Notes under the pieces: generated by a model
What the model was told of the DNA's origin: nothing
The model's database searches: none
What the model saw: only the letters and a program-made list of their open reading frames with translations
Assembly: GCA_023205875.1 (NCBI GenBank)
Contig: CP060754.1
Coordinates: forward strand, 1,612,001 to 1,676,000
Reading direction: 5' to 3'
From: Chloropicon primus
Lineage: Eukaryota
Length of the DNA: 64,000 nt
Translations under genes and position numbers: made by a program
Part shown: piece after piece, positions 52,057 to 62,196 of the stretch
Numbering within the stretch: position 1 is the stretch's first letter
Layout: every line of letters starts with the position of its first letter

Positions 52057-53235
52057 TCACGCGACCTGCGCGCTCTCGGACTTGCCCCCACCAAACGCGC
52101 TCTGAACCCTCTCCTCAAGCTCCTGCAAGTACTCCACAAGAACCCTCTGCTCGTACATTCCTCCGCTCATTCCAAGGATAATGAGCTCCTTCTTCTTCTG
52201 CAGCTCCACCAGAAGGGCATCCTCGGAGCACGCCTCCTCGGAGGCCATCTTGGCGAGCTTTGCGTTCCACTCCTCCTCGTTGCTCATCAGCAAGCCTTCC
52301 AGGGCCTCTTTGGCGGGCTGGGAGGAAGGCAAGTCGCCCGCCGCCTCGAGAGCCTCGTTCTCGGCCTGGAGCAAAGCCAACTCCGCCTGAGAGGAGAAGT
52401 TGAGGAGGAACTCGGACGCGTACAGCTGGAGGACCTTCTGCAGCAGCGGCACGACCTGTTGGGCCTCCCTGTTCTCCTCGTCCTCCATGGCCTTCTTCAT
52501 CCAGGCGTAGCTCGTGGCCAGCAGGGACTCCATGTCGCAGGGCTCCTCGCCCTCCTCCAAGCCTCCTTCCCCTTGCCCCTGCGCCCCGGTCATCAGCTTG
52601 GCCTTCATGAAAGCCCTCATCTTGTCGATCTCGCCCTCGTTGAGGGGCAGGTGCCACTGCCCCTGCTCGTCCGCCGCCTGCTGGAGCAGCTTGATCAGCC
52701 AGCCCTGCGCGCTGTCCAGGCTCTTCTCGCTCTGCTTCACGAGCTTCTCGGTGATCTTCATGACCAAGTTCGCCAAGTCCGCCATCCTCTCCTTCTCCTC
52801 CGAGCTCTCGCAAGAGTCGGTCCTCATCGCGTACCGCATCCAGAAGCCCTTGTCGAGGGCCAGGAGGCTCTCGCAGACCACATCCAGGACCTGCTGCTCC
52901 CCCGCCCCGTGGGCCTCCACCAACGCGTCTATGAGCATGTCGTTCGCCTTCACCTCCTCCATCTTCTCCTCCATCGTGGGTCCGCCGAAGCCCTTCCCGC
53001 TCGATGACGAGGACGACGACGCCCTGACCCCTCGGTCCCTCCCGAGCGTCGTCATCGTCATCATCATATTCTTCTCCCTTCCCTTGAGAGCCCGGACGTG
53101 GAGGTCACCGAAGTCACCCGCGACTCGTTGTCCGCCTTCCCGTCCACCACCACCCCGCCTCACTCGCGAGGCCTTCCCTCCCGAGCCCAACCGAGGAGCC
53201 CTGCACCTCGCCGCATCCGTTCCCACCCCTCTCAT
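52057..53235 (-). CDS. Conserved plastid-targeted alpha-helical protein of unknown function
   Basis: Long ORF with coding-type codon bias; transit-peptide-like N-terminus (SSSSSSGKGFG); LDKGFWMRYAMR, AWMKKA, LQKVLQLYA, YEQRVLVEYLQEL. Confidence 0.7.
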   Translation of the reverse strand: MRGVGTDAARCRAPRLGSGGKASRVRRGGGGREGGQRVAGDFGDLHVRALKGREKNMMMTMTTLGRDRGVRASSSSSSSGKGFGGPTMEEKMEEVKANDMLIDALVEAHGAGEQQVLDVVCESLLALDKGFWMRYAMRTDSCESSEEKERMADLANLVMKITEKLVKQSEKSLDSAQGWLIKLLQQAADEQGQWHLPLNEGEIDKMRAFMKAKLMTGAQGQGEGGLEEGEEPCDMESLLATSYAWMKKAMEDEENREAQQVVPLLQKVLQLYASEFLLNFSSQAELALLQAENEALEAAGDLPSSQPAKEALEGLLMSNEEEWNAKLAKMASEEACSEDALLVELQKKKELIILGMSGGMYEQRVLVEYLQELEERVQSAFGGGKSESAQVA

Positions 53236-53457
53236 CCCTCCCTCTCTCCCTCCGCGTGGGTCCCTCCCTTCCTCGAAACGGTCGACCAAGGGACCGATCG
53301 AAAGCTCGCGACGCAAGGCTTCCACTGGCACGCCCCACCTACCCCCTCGTTCCCTCGGCGACCCGGCGTCTCGTCCAGCGCCTCGTCCAGCGTCTCGTCC
53401 CTCTGCCGCCGGCTTTGAAGAAACGGATAAAGCTCCTGGACAGAGCGACGAAAGGCG

Positions 53458-54597
53458 ATGGCTCCGTTCGAGGAGGAGGAGGAGTTCGTTCCGTCGATCG
53501 TGGAGGTGGTGGAGGAGGAGGGCAAGAGTCTGGAGGTGGCGGAGGGTCTCAAGAAGGAAGGGAACGACCTCTTCAAGAGCGAGCAATACGAAAAGTCCCT
53601 GGTAAGTCAAGCAACAGGGACCAACCTCGACCTCCTCTGCCATGCCGTGTGAAGAGGACGGGAAGCGGACGGGGTACCTCTCTTCGAGGGAGGCGACGTT
53701 GGGAAGACACGCATGTGTGCCTATCGATGCTGACAACGACGACGATGACGACGCTTCTCCCCATCCCGGTGTCCCTCTCGTCTCTCTTGCTCCTTGCAGG
53801 AAAAGTATGCCTCGGCCCTGTTGGCCTGCCCATCGACGTGCCAGGTCGAGAGGTCCGTGTACCACTGCAACTCGGCGGCGTGCCACGTGAAGCGAGGGGA
53901 CTTCCTCGAGGGCAAGGAGGAGTGCGACAAGGCCCTGGACCTCAACGAGACGTACGTGAAGGCCTTGATGAGGCGAATCGCTTGCCTCGAGAAGCTGGAC
54001 GAGAAGGAGCAGGAGAAGGGAGACGCCAGCTTTGGTTTCTCGGGCGACGGCCCCCGGGAGGAGCGTGGTTCCGAGGCGCCGGCAGCAGAAGGTGGGTGCC
54101 CGCAGAAACGCTCGAGAGTCTCTCCTCGCGCATCGCATCGCCTCTGACCATCCATTCCGTTCGAACGACGACGACGTGTCGTTTGTGTTCCTTCCGAAAG
54201 CAGGCACGGCGGTGGCGCCCGCGGAACGGGCGAGCCCCAAGAAGGCCAACTACCTGGAGCTGGCGCTGGAGGACTGCAAGAAGTGGGAGGAGCTCGAGCC
54301 GCGGAACCGGGAAGCGTCGGGAAAGAGGAGTGAGCTCGAGAAGAAAATGAAGGACCGGCAGGAGGCGCTCAAGGAGGAAGTGATGGGTAAGTGAGGGCAC
54401 GTCGTGCCACCTAAAATCCGCGCAGCAGGAGGGGGCCCACTGACACGCTCTGCTGCTGAAACCTTCTCCTCGAAATCACAGGCAAGCTCAAGGACTTGGG
54501 CAACAACATTCTGGGCCGGTTCGGCTTGTCCTTGGACAACTTCAAGGCGGAGAAGGACCCCAACACCGGGTCGTACAGCATCAACTTCAAGAAGTAG
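53458..54597 (+). CDS. TTC1: Tetratricopeptide repeat protein 1 (TTC1)-like; introns 53602-53799, 54092-54203, 54387-54481
   Basis: LKKEGNDLFK, YHCNSAAC, YVKALMRR; C-terminal KEEVMG|KLKDLGNNILGRFGLSLDNFKAEKDPNTGSYSINF. Confidence 0.9.
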
Positions 54598-54725
54598 AGA
54601 GGAGGAGAATGTGTGTTGGGGGGGGGGGGCAGTCGGTTGTCGTCGCCGACGCCGCGAGGCTCTGTAAAAAAAAATGTAAATCCTTGGGTGTGTACAATAA
54701 GAAAAAAAATAGAGAGAGAACCTCG

Positions 54726-55169
54726 TCAGGTGCCCCAGAGCTCCCCCCAGGTGAGGTACGCGAACACCAGCCCGACCAGAGGAACCCCGAGGCCGATGCC
54801 GACGAGAACGGTCAGGATGTTCACCCCGCTCCCCTGGTACGTGTCCCCCGCCCAGTTATCCGTGTACAGGTCCGCCCGATCGATGTTCCTGGACTTGGGT
54901 GGCGCGGTCTTTGCCGCGGCCCGCTTCGTCTCCTCCACGGTGGGAAACGTGAACTTCTCCGAGGAGGAAGCGACCTCCGTCGTCGTCTTGGTCTCCTCAC
55001 CCTCCGAGGCCGACCTGAGGATCCCGCGAGAGGACCTCCCTCCGGTCAGATCCCTGATCAACCCCCCAAGGTGTCCTCGCCGTCCTCGTTGTTGTGGGCT
55101 CCCCTGTTGCACGCTGCCACGACGCAGCAATCTCCCCCTGATGGATTGCCCCCTCCCCATCACCTCCAT
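54726..55169 (-). CDS. Small plastid membrane protein of unknown function
   Basis: Arg/Gly-rich transit-peptide-like N-terminus; LYTDNWAGDTYQGS followed by hydrophobic ILTVLVGIGLGVPLVGLVFAYLTWG. Confidence 0.7.
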   Translation of the reverse strand: MEVMGRGQSIRGRLLRRGSVQQGSPQQRGRRGHLGGLIRDLTGGRSSRGILRSASEGEETKTTTEVASSSEKFTFPTVEETKRAAAKTAPPKSRNIDRADLYTDNWAGDTYQGSGVNILTVLVGIGLGVPLVGLVFAYLTWGELWGT

Positions 55170-55997
55170 CCTCCCTCAAGAATCCCAAGAAAACAATGAA
55201 TCGAAAGCCCTCGAGACGAAGAACCTCGATGACACCACTGCACCAACCCTCCTCGACCCCTCCGTTCGCCGTCCCCGTCACAAACCTCACAACCAACCTC
55301 TCCTCTCCTCTCAGCCACACAAAACCATGTCCCACCAACCGTCCCCCTCGTGTCCCCGCTATCAGTGTACAAATCAATAATGAGTGTAACGTGGTCTCTT
55401 TTGTTTTCTTCCCTCCCGTGTAGTAAACTCGTGTTTTTTCTTGCGATTATTTTCGGTGGGAGACGTGTTGCTAGTGGCGGCTGCCGCCGAGGAGGTCGCG
55501 AGGGGCGGCAGAAAAGAAAAAGAGGAACGACGACGACGACGACCGGCAACGACTCTCGACCACAACAGGCAAAGCGCAAGAGCTCGAAGACAAGAACAAG
55601 AACAAGGTAAGAACGAGGAACGAGGACGAGGAGGTCGAGGCGTGGAGGTGGGGCGCGCGCGACTCTTTTTTCTTTTCTTCTCTTCTCTTCTCTTCTTTGG
55701 AGGGAACGGAACGGAAAAGATCCCTCCCTCCCACCACGACGGACGAAGCGAGAGGGAGGAGGTTTCTTGCCCGGCCTCTCTCGCTCGCTCTCTTTGTTGG
55801 GTTGGGTTGGGTTGGGAAGAACGCGTGCGTGTTGCCTCTCTTCTCTCGCGGGGGTGCGGCCTTGGAAGAAGCGAAGGGGGGGGGACACGCCTCCTCCTCG
55901 CGCGAGAAGAGGGTTTCTCTCATTTTTAAGTCGACGACAACGTACGGACGTGGTATTGACTCTCCCCCGTGTGTGTGTGTTTTCTCCTCGTCGCAGC

Positions 55998-56258
55998 ATG
56001 GTGCTCCACTCAGATATCGATTTGTTGAACCCCCCAGCCTCCGTAGTCAAGGACCAGCACAAGTTGAAGCGTTTGGTGCAGAGCCCAAACTCCTTCTTCA
56101 TGGACGTCAAGTGCCAGGGATGCTTCAACATCACCACGGTCTTCTCGCACTCCCAGTCGGTGGTCGTGTGCGGAACCTGCGCCGCGGTGTTGTGCCAGCC
56201 TACCGGTGGTAGGGCTAGACTCACAGAGGGCTGCTCCTTCAGAAAGAAGGTCGAGTAA
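55998..56258 (+). CDS. RPS27: 40S ribosomal protein S27 (eS27); probable 5'UTR intron 55607-55996
   Basis: [13 protein letters not shown]...[22 protein letters not shown]...VVCGTC...[17 protein letters not shown]. Confidence 0.98.
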   Translation: MVLHSDIDLLNPPASVVKDQHKLKRLVQSPNSFFMDVKCQGCFNITTVFSHSQSVVVCGTCAAVLCQPTGGRARLTEGCSFRKKVE

Positions 56259-56813
56259 GAACCGATAGTGAATAGACACCAACAAAAAAGAAGGGACGAT
56301 AATATCAAAAACGACGGTCTTCTTGGGAAGCTTATGTAAAATTATATTAGCTAAATATTGAGCTTAAACGACAAAACGGGGGACGAGCGCCCGACGCGAC
56401 GACCACCACCACCACCACCCGACAACTCCCTTTCTCGGCGAGCAAGCCGGGGGGTCACCTTTCCTGCCCGGGTCCAAAGCTCCACCGGGGGTCAAGGCCC
56501 GGGCGGCCAGGTGACGCTCCTCACCCCGCCCACCCACAACCACGCTCGCACTCCACGAGGCTGCATCATGTGGCTCTCAATGAAGACCAGCAGCAGGTGC
56601 AGAGTCAGACCAGAATCGACCGACCGATGGGACGGGGGCATCGATGGCTTCGGGAGGCTTGGAGGGGATCAGAGTGGAGGTCACCACGCATCGGAAATGA
56701 AATGATTGCGGGACGTGCGTGTCGCGTCGTCAACTGAAAGGCACCCGCGTGCTCGATATCAACGTCATCATCATCATCATCATCGTCATCGTCATCGTCA
56801 TCGTCATCATCAG

Positions 56814-57425
56814 ATGTCCGTTCCAAGGAGGTGTCCGTACGAGACGCTAGGGGTGAAGAGCAGCTCGCGCGACAAGGAGATCAAGGAGGCGTACAGGAAG
56901 CTGGTGTTCAAGTACCACCCTGACAAGTTCGCCAACGCAACGGAGCACCAGAAAGCGCAGGCCAAGAGAAAGTTTCAGGAAGTCTCCGAAGCCTTCGAGG
57001 CCGTAGGCAACAGGGCGAACCGGAACCGATACGACTCGAGAGGGAGGTACGGGAGGGCACACCAGGGCTGGCACGCCTATGCCGGGGGGGCGAGCGCAGA
57101 AGCCTACACATCGGCTGGCTACACTCCGAGACGCCCGCCCAACCCCCTCAAGTCCTTCTTCTCGGCATTCTCCAAGGTGAGCGTGCACGAGCTGGCGCTG
57201 ATGGCGGGAGTCGTCTCTGTCGTGTTCTTGGGAACGAGTGCGATGGACCATGCCTTCACGTCGATGTGGAACACGCACAACGAGGGCAAGCTCTTCGGGA
57301 CGACGTCGCACCGAGATCAGGGCAGCAGCAGCAAGACCAAGGCAGCGGCGGAGAAGCAGAAGCAGAAGACGAAGACGAAGAAGGCCCCCGGCACCAGGAG
57401 GGCGAGGCCCCCCCGGGAGGAGTGA
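56814..57425 (+). CDS. DnaJ (J-domain) protein with C-terminal TM segment
   Basis: PYETLGV, EIKEAYRKLVFKYHPDK, KFQEVSEAFE, RNRYD; hydrophobic helix then WNTHNEGKLF. Confidence 0.9.
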   Translation: MSVPRRCPYETLGVKSSSRDKEIKEAYRKLVFKYHPDKFANATEHQKAQAKRKFQEVSEAFEAVGNRANRNRYDSRGRYGRAHQGWHAYAGGASAEAYTSAGYTPRRPPNPLKSFFSAFSKVSVHELALMAGVVSVVFLGTSAMDHAFTSMWNTHNEGKLFGTTSHRDQGSSSKTKAAAEKQKQKTKTKKAPGTRRARPPREE

Positions 57426-57527
57426 ACTTGCGGCGCCGTGGAGGACCATCCATCGTGGCACGCATAATGTACAATCACTGTATTACAATAACGCTCATTC
57501 TTTTTTCTGACTTGCTTTGGGATTTTC

Positions 57528-58475
57528 TCAGTCTCCGCCGCTCCAGTCATCGTCGCTGAAATTTTCCTCCGATCTCTCGTCCTCCTCCTCGTCCTCCTCC
57601 TCCGATTCGACCTCCTTCTTGGTCACGGCCGTTTTCCGCTTCTGCCGCGGCTGGACCGCCCTGGCCGGCGGACCGCCCTTCGCCTCCTTCCTCCCTTTCC
57701 TCTTGGCACCCACCGTGAAGCTGTCGTCGCTGTCGTCGTCCTCCCCGCCGTCCAGGGTGTCCAGCTCCATGGACTCCAGTGACTCGAGGTCGTCAAGCGA
57801 GCCAGCCAAGCGCGGAAGCGGGTCCGCAAAGGTCTCTGCCGCCGGTTTCGACCTTCTCTTCACCCTAACAGTCTTCGGCACACCCGTTGTGCACCCGCTG
57901 CGAACCGGCACCGGCTTGGTATCGGGCCCAGAGCCCGCGACCGCTTTGACATCGGCCGCCTTCCCCTCCCCATCAAGCCAAACCGCGTCCGAGAAGACGA
58001 TGAGGGAATCGAAGACCTCCTCGATGACGACGCTCTTCTTCGATTCCAGGTTGAGGAGGGCGTACTGCGTCGACGTGTGCACGATGGTCCCCAGCAAGGT
58101 GACCTGTCCCTTCTCCCCAAAATCGATGACCATGGTCGGGTTGGGGGTGGAGAGGTTCGACAAGGTCCCGAGTCTTCCCGTGGCACCGTCCGCGAGCGAC
58201 ATCAGCCCGGGGAAGACGAGGAGGTACCTGTGTGCTCGCCGAGTGTTTCCTTTCATCACCAGGTCGAGGCCATCGGACTTTAGGATCTCAGAGGAAACCA
58301 CGAGGCCCTCGTAACCGTCCTCCTCCCCCGCCGTCTGGTTCTTCTGCTTCGCCACATTCGGCACCACGACCCCCCTTTCGATGCCACGCCTCACCCTCTC
58401 GTCGTGGATCCTCACCTCAGGCTTCTCCTCCTCCCCCTCCTCCTTCTTCCTCGCCTTGGTCTGACTCAACCGCAT
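57528..58475 (-). CDS. RHL1: DNA-binding protein RHL1 (topoisomerase VI accessory subunit)
   Basis: KSDGLDLVMKG, RYLLVFPGLMS, GRLGTLSNLSTPNPTMVIDF, LLGTIV, EEVFDSLIVFSDAVWL; basic/acidic tail. Confidence 0.85.
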   Translation of the reverse strand: MRLSQTKARKKEEGEEEKPEVRIHDERVRRGIERGVVVPNVAKQKNQTAGEEDGYEGLVVSSEILKSDGLDLVMKGNTRRAHRYLLVFPGLMSLADGATGRLGTLSNLSTPNPTMVIDFGEKGQVTLLGTIVHTSTQYALLNLESKKSVVIEEVFDSLIVFSDAVWLDGEGKAADVKAVAGSGPDTKPVPVRSGCTTGVPKTVRVKRRSKPAAETFADPLPRLAGSLDDLESLESMELDTLDGGEDDDSDDSFTVGAKRKGRKEAKGGPPARAVQPRQKRKTAVTKKEVESEEEDEEEDERSEENFSDDDWSGGD

Positions 58476-58908
58476 TCGGGCTCCCGCGACTCGACCAACG
58501 ACCTCTTGGCGGCACCACGGAAGTTCAAGTGCGACGACTCGCCAGGAGACAACCCTCCCACCACAGCCTCGCCTGTCCCTCCTCGCACACAACTCTAACA
58601 CAACTCCAACTCTCGCCTGCCCCCCCCAAAGAATCGAACCCAAGAACAATCCAATCAATCAATCAATCAATCCAATCAATCCAATCAAACAAACAAACAA
58701 ACAAGTCCACACACTACTACGCCATTCCCTCCAAGCGAGAGCCCTTTCGAAAGAGAACGACGCACGATGCGCTTCCGCCAGGCCTCGTTCTCTGTCCTCC
58801 CTTCCTCTGTTCCTCTCCTTTGCGCGGGAAAACCTTTTTGAGAGAGAGAGCGTCAGAAGGAGAGTACAGGGCTCGGCGAAGGATTCGAGGCACGGGAGAC
58901 GCGGAGGG

Positions 58909-60714
58909 ATGGATTCGTCGTCGGGGAGGAAGGTCGTGTTGGTGTCCTGGAACGTGGCTTCATGGACGACGACGCTGAAGCAGATTCTCGAGCACTACAA
59001 GACCTTGGGACGTTACCTCGAGCTTCATCAAGTTGATGTCTTGTGTCTGCAGGAGACCAAAGTGAAACGGGACAAGCTGGAGAGCCAAGGGAGTAGCCTG
59101 GGGTGCAAGGAGGAGGGCTGGTCATCCTACTGGTCGAGCAGCAACAGCAGGGGCTTCAATGGGGTCGCAACCTTCGCGCGAGATGGCCTCGTGGTGTCGG
59201 CGAGCTGTGACGTCTTCCAGGACGAGGAACTGGACAGGGAGGGCCGCTGCATAGTGACCGAGGTGGCTTCCCAACCCCAGAACGTCGTGGTCTTCAACGT
59301 TTACGTTCCCACCAGTGGCAGAGGATACTGCAAGATGCCATTCAAGATGAAGTACCTGAGGCGTCTGAGGGAGAAGATGAGTGAGGTGAGGGCAAAGGGG
59401 AAGCACGTCGTCCTCGCTGGGGACTTGAACATCGCCCCTGGCCCGGAGGACGTTTACTGGAGGCACCGGGTCGTCGACCTGGGTGAGCTGGAGGCGCACT
59501 CGAAGGGGATCTCCCAGGGGGGAGAGAGCTCCGCAGCTCGGAGGCGATTGGAATCCATCAGCTCGTGCGCGCCCGAGGTGCAATCAAAGACCAGCGACAC
59601 GCAAGGCACTCTGCAAGAAGCTCATCTCCTTCAAATAGTGAGCAAAGTGGGGGGTGCCGTGGAAAAAATCAGAGAGTGCTTGAGACTCACCAGCGTGGTC
59701 CAGCAGGGAAAGGGCTTCAAAGCGGTTTACCAGCCGTCCACGACGTCGGGTGGGGGCAAGCCGGGGCAAGCCAGGGAGAACAGGATCGGAAGGACGTTTG
59801 ACTGCAAAGGGGATGCCGAGCTTCGGCTGGGGTGCAAGGAGCAACGCGTGCGAGACGAGGAGACCGGGGAGGCCTTCCTTTGCTGGAGAGGAGGCCTGAG
59901 CATCGAGCACCTCTCCGATGTCATGAGGGCGTTGAACGTGAAGTTTCCAGAGCAAGAGCAAAGGATTCTGGCAGATTGCTTCGGCAGCACCTACCACCCA
60001 CCCTGCTTGACCGAATACTTCAACGAACTCACAACCAAGGACCTCCTGGTAGACACTTTCAGGGAAGGGTACGGCAGGCCCCAAGAGAGGTTCACCTGCT
60101 GGGAACAGCGCACGAATGCTCGTTACGCGAACAGGGGCTTGAGGATCGATTTCATTCTCGTGGACCAGGACTTGTACGAGGAGAACGTGAGAAAAGAGGA
60201 TTATGAGCTGCAAGGGGGCGATGAGACGGCCGGCCCCGAGAGTGCGGAGGCTGCTTTGCGGATGGCGACAGGGAATCACCAGTACAAGCCAGCGTCATAC
60301 GGAGGAGGTGGACTGGAGGATCCACCGATCGAAGTGCTTAATCTGCAGTTCGCGGTCAGTCCTCACAATGGAATCATTTACACGCCTCCCAAGTATTCTG
60401 ACCACGTTGGCGTCTCCTTTGTCCTAAACTCCATCCGTTGCGGCTGCGTCTCGAAGGAGGACGGAAACGCCAACAACGACGGTGCCTTGTTCTCAGAGAA
60501 GAGCACAGCGAAAACGCAGCCGCACCGCTCTTCTTCTAACAACATCAGCCAGTACTTCTCCTCCGGAGCCGTTGGTGGCGGACGCGCCGCCGGCTCCCTT
60601 GGGCAGAAGCGAGGTTCGGCCACCATTGGGCTCAAGCTGGGAAAGGGCGGAAGAAAGAAACCTGACTCGAGCGACAAGAAGCAGAGGACTCTGCTCTCCT
60701 TTCTGGGCAAGTGA
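58909..60714 (+). CDS. ExoIII/APE-family AP endonuclease (APE2-like)
   Basis: SWNV, CLQETK, NGVATF, EGRC, NVYVP, GDLNIA, DTFR, FTCW, RIDFIL, SDH; C-terminal QRTLLSFL PIP-box-like motif. Confidence 0.9.
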   Translation: MDSSSGRKVVLVSWNVASWTTTLKQILEHYKTLGRYLELHQVDVLCLQETKVKRDKLESQGSSLGCKEEGWSSYWSSSNSRGFNGVATFARDGLVVSASCDVFQDEELDREGRCIVTEVASQPQNVVVFNVYVPTSGRGYCKMPFKMKYLRRLREKMSEVRAKGKHVVLAGDLNIAPGPEDVYWRHRVVDLGELEAHSKGISQGGESSAARRRLESISSCAPEVQSKTSDTQGTLQEAHLLQIVSKVGGAVEKIRECLRLTSVVQQGKGFKAVYQPSTTSGGGKPGQARENRIGRTFDCKGDAELRLGCKEQRVRDEETGEAFLCWRGGLSIEHLSDVMRALNVKFPEQEQRILADCFGSTYHPPCLTEYFNELTTKDLLVDTFREGYGRPQERFTCWEQRTNARYANRGLRIDFILVDQDLYEENVRKEDYELQGGDETAGPESAEAALRMATGNHQYKPASYGGGGLEDPPIEVLNLQFAVSPHNGIIYTPPKYSDHVGVSFVLNSIRCGCVSKEDGNANNDGALFSEKSTAKTQPHRSSSNNISQYFSSGAVGGGRAAGSLGQKRGSATIGLKLGKGGRKKPDSSDKKQRTLLSFLGK

Positions 60715-60763
60715 CCTGCTGGAATACACATTTGCTTTTGTTGTAATTGTTATGATTGTGTGC

Positions 60764-61762
60764 TCAATACTCCGCGAAGTTGACGTGGCCGGTCCGCTTG
60801 GCGTGCTCTTGGGCCTCCTTCTCCCCTCTGAGACCTTGTTGACACACCGTGCACCGAAGGGTGAAGTTTGCAGTGTCGGTGAACTGCTTTGCGTCGTGAA
60901 GTTTCGACACCAAGGCGGAGGCAGCTTGCGAGGCCTGCTGGGCGATTGGGGCATCCACTTCAAACAGTGTGATGTCAACCTCCTCGGGGGCTCCGCTGAA
61001 CGCGCTCAGCGCCAGGGCGTCGTAATGGAGCCCGTCGTAGATCACAAGCGCCCGTTCTCGGTACCCCATGCCCTGCCCGTAAACGTCCACCCTCTTGGTC
61101 TGGATGTCGTACGCTGCGATCTCCCTCTGGTAGTGCTTGGTCAAGATCGACAGCTCGATCGCTCCTCCCCACCGCATGGGGTCGAGAATCCACCTGCAGT
61201 AGTCGCCGTTGCTCTTCTCCAGGAACACGTCGTTGTACGTGTCCGGGTCAGAGGCAACCGTGCTCGCCACCACCTGCCTGAGGTCCCTGGCTTTGTTCCT
61301 GTCGCGCTCCATGACGTATCCCACCGCATTGAACAGGCAGGAGTTATCAGAGACGATCACTCGCTTCACGAGCTCGCTCCCATCCGGCAGGCTCACCCCC
61401 ACCAAGTCCTCCCCTTTGTTCCTGTCGCTCGCCACTGGGGTGCACGCCGGAGCGGGGTGGAGGCTCCGCACTGCCGCGGCCGGTGCCGCCTCGTACACCT
61501 CCGTTGGAGCCGCAGGAACGTCCCTCTCGTACCCGTAAGCCAAGTACACCATCGAGCCGTGCTTCAGCCCCTCCATGGTCTCCAGCAGCGTCACCTTCCC
61601 AGACTCGTTGAGGTTGAGCAAGTTCTGGTCCGCCGAGAGCCTCTGCTCACCACTTCGCACACCAGTCACCTTCTCGATGGCCGTCCTCAAGTCGCTCAAC
61701 GTCGCGTCCTCCGCCACCTTCACCCTCTCCAACCCATCCCTCGACCTCACTCTGATGATCAT
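60764..61762 (-). CDS. OTU1/YOD1-type deubiquitinase with N-terminal ubiquitin-like domain and C2H2 zinc finger
   Basis: DNSCLF, WGGAIEL, YDGLHYD, LRCTVCQQGLRGEKEAQEHAKRTGHVNFAEY; N-terminal MIIRVRSRDGLERV...LKHGSMVYL. Confidence 0.93.
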   Translation of the reverse strand: MIIRVRSRDGLERVKVAEDATLSDLRTAIEKVTGVRSGEQRLSADQNLLNLNESGKVTLLETMEGLKHGSMVYLAYGYERDVPAAPTEVYEAAPAAAVRSLHPAPACTPVASDRNKGEDLVGVSLPDGSELVKRVIVSDNSCLFNAVGYVMERDRNKARDLRQVVASTVASDPDTYNDVFLEKSNGDYCRWILDPMRWGGAIELSILTKHYQREIAAYDIQTKRVDVYGQGMGYRERALVIYDGLHYDALALSAFSGAPEEVDITLFEVDAPIAQQASQAASALVSKLHDAKQFTDTANFTLRCTVCQQGLRGEKEAQEHAKRTGHVNFAEY

Positions 61763-62196
61763 CCTACACCAAAACGACGGTACGGCAAAATGCCTACGCC
61801 AAGCAAAAGTCCTCGAGACGAAAACAAAACAAAACCCTTCCGTGTGGTGTTGGAACCCGTGCACTGCCTTGGCGCCCTCCCCCCGCGACCTAAACCCCTC
61901 GTCTAATCCCTTCGTGGCCTCACCGCGACTGCGTTCTTCGTTCCCCCTCCGACAGCCAGAAGTTTTTCCTTTGAAACCAGTAATCAACGGTCGTGGTCGT
62001 GGTGGATGAATCAATCGTTGAAGGAAACACCTTCGAGGTGCGCGAGGGAGGGGGAGAGACACGCTCGGAAGGGTCAGAGATCGATAGGACTTCTCCACAC
62101 CTTTAAGGGGATACCACCTTTGCCTAGGTTTGATCCTCCGCGAGAAGGTGCTGGATCATCATCAACGTCGTCGTCTGTCGTCGTTGCTGATCTAGG

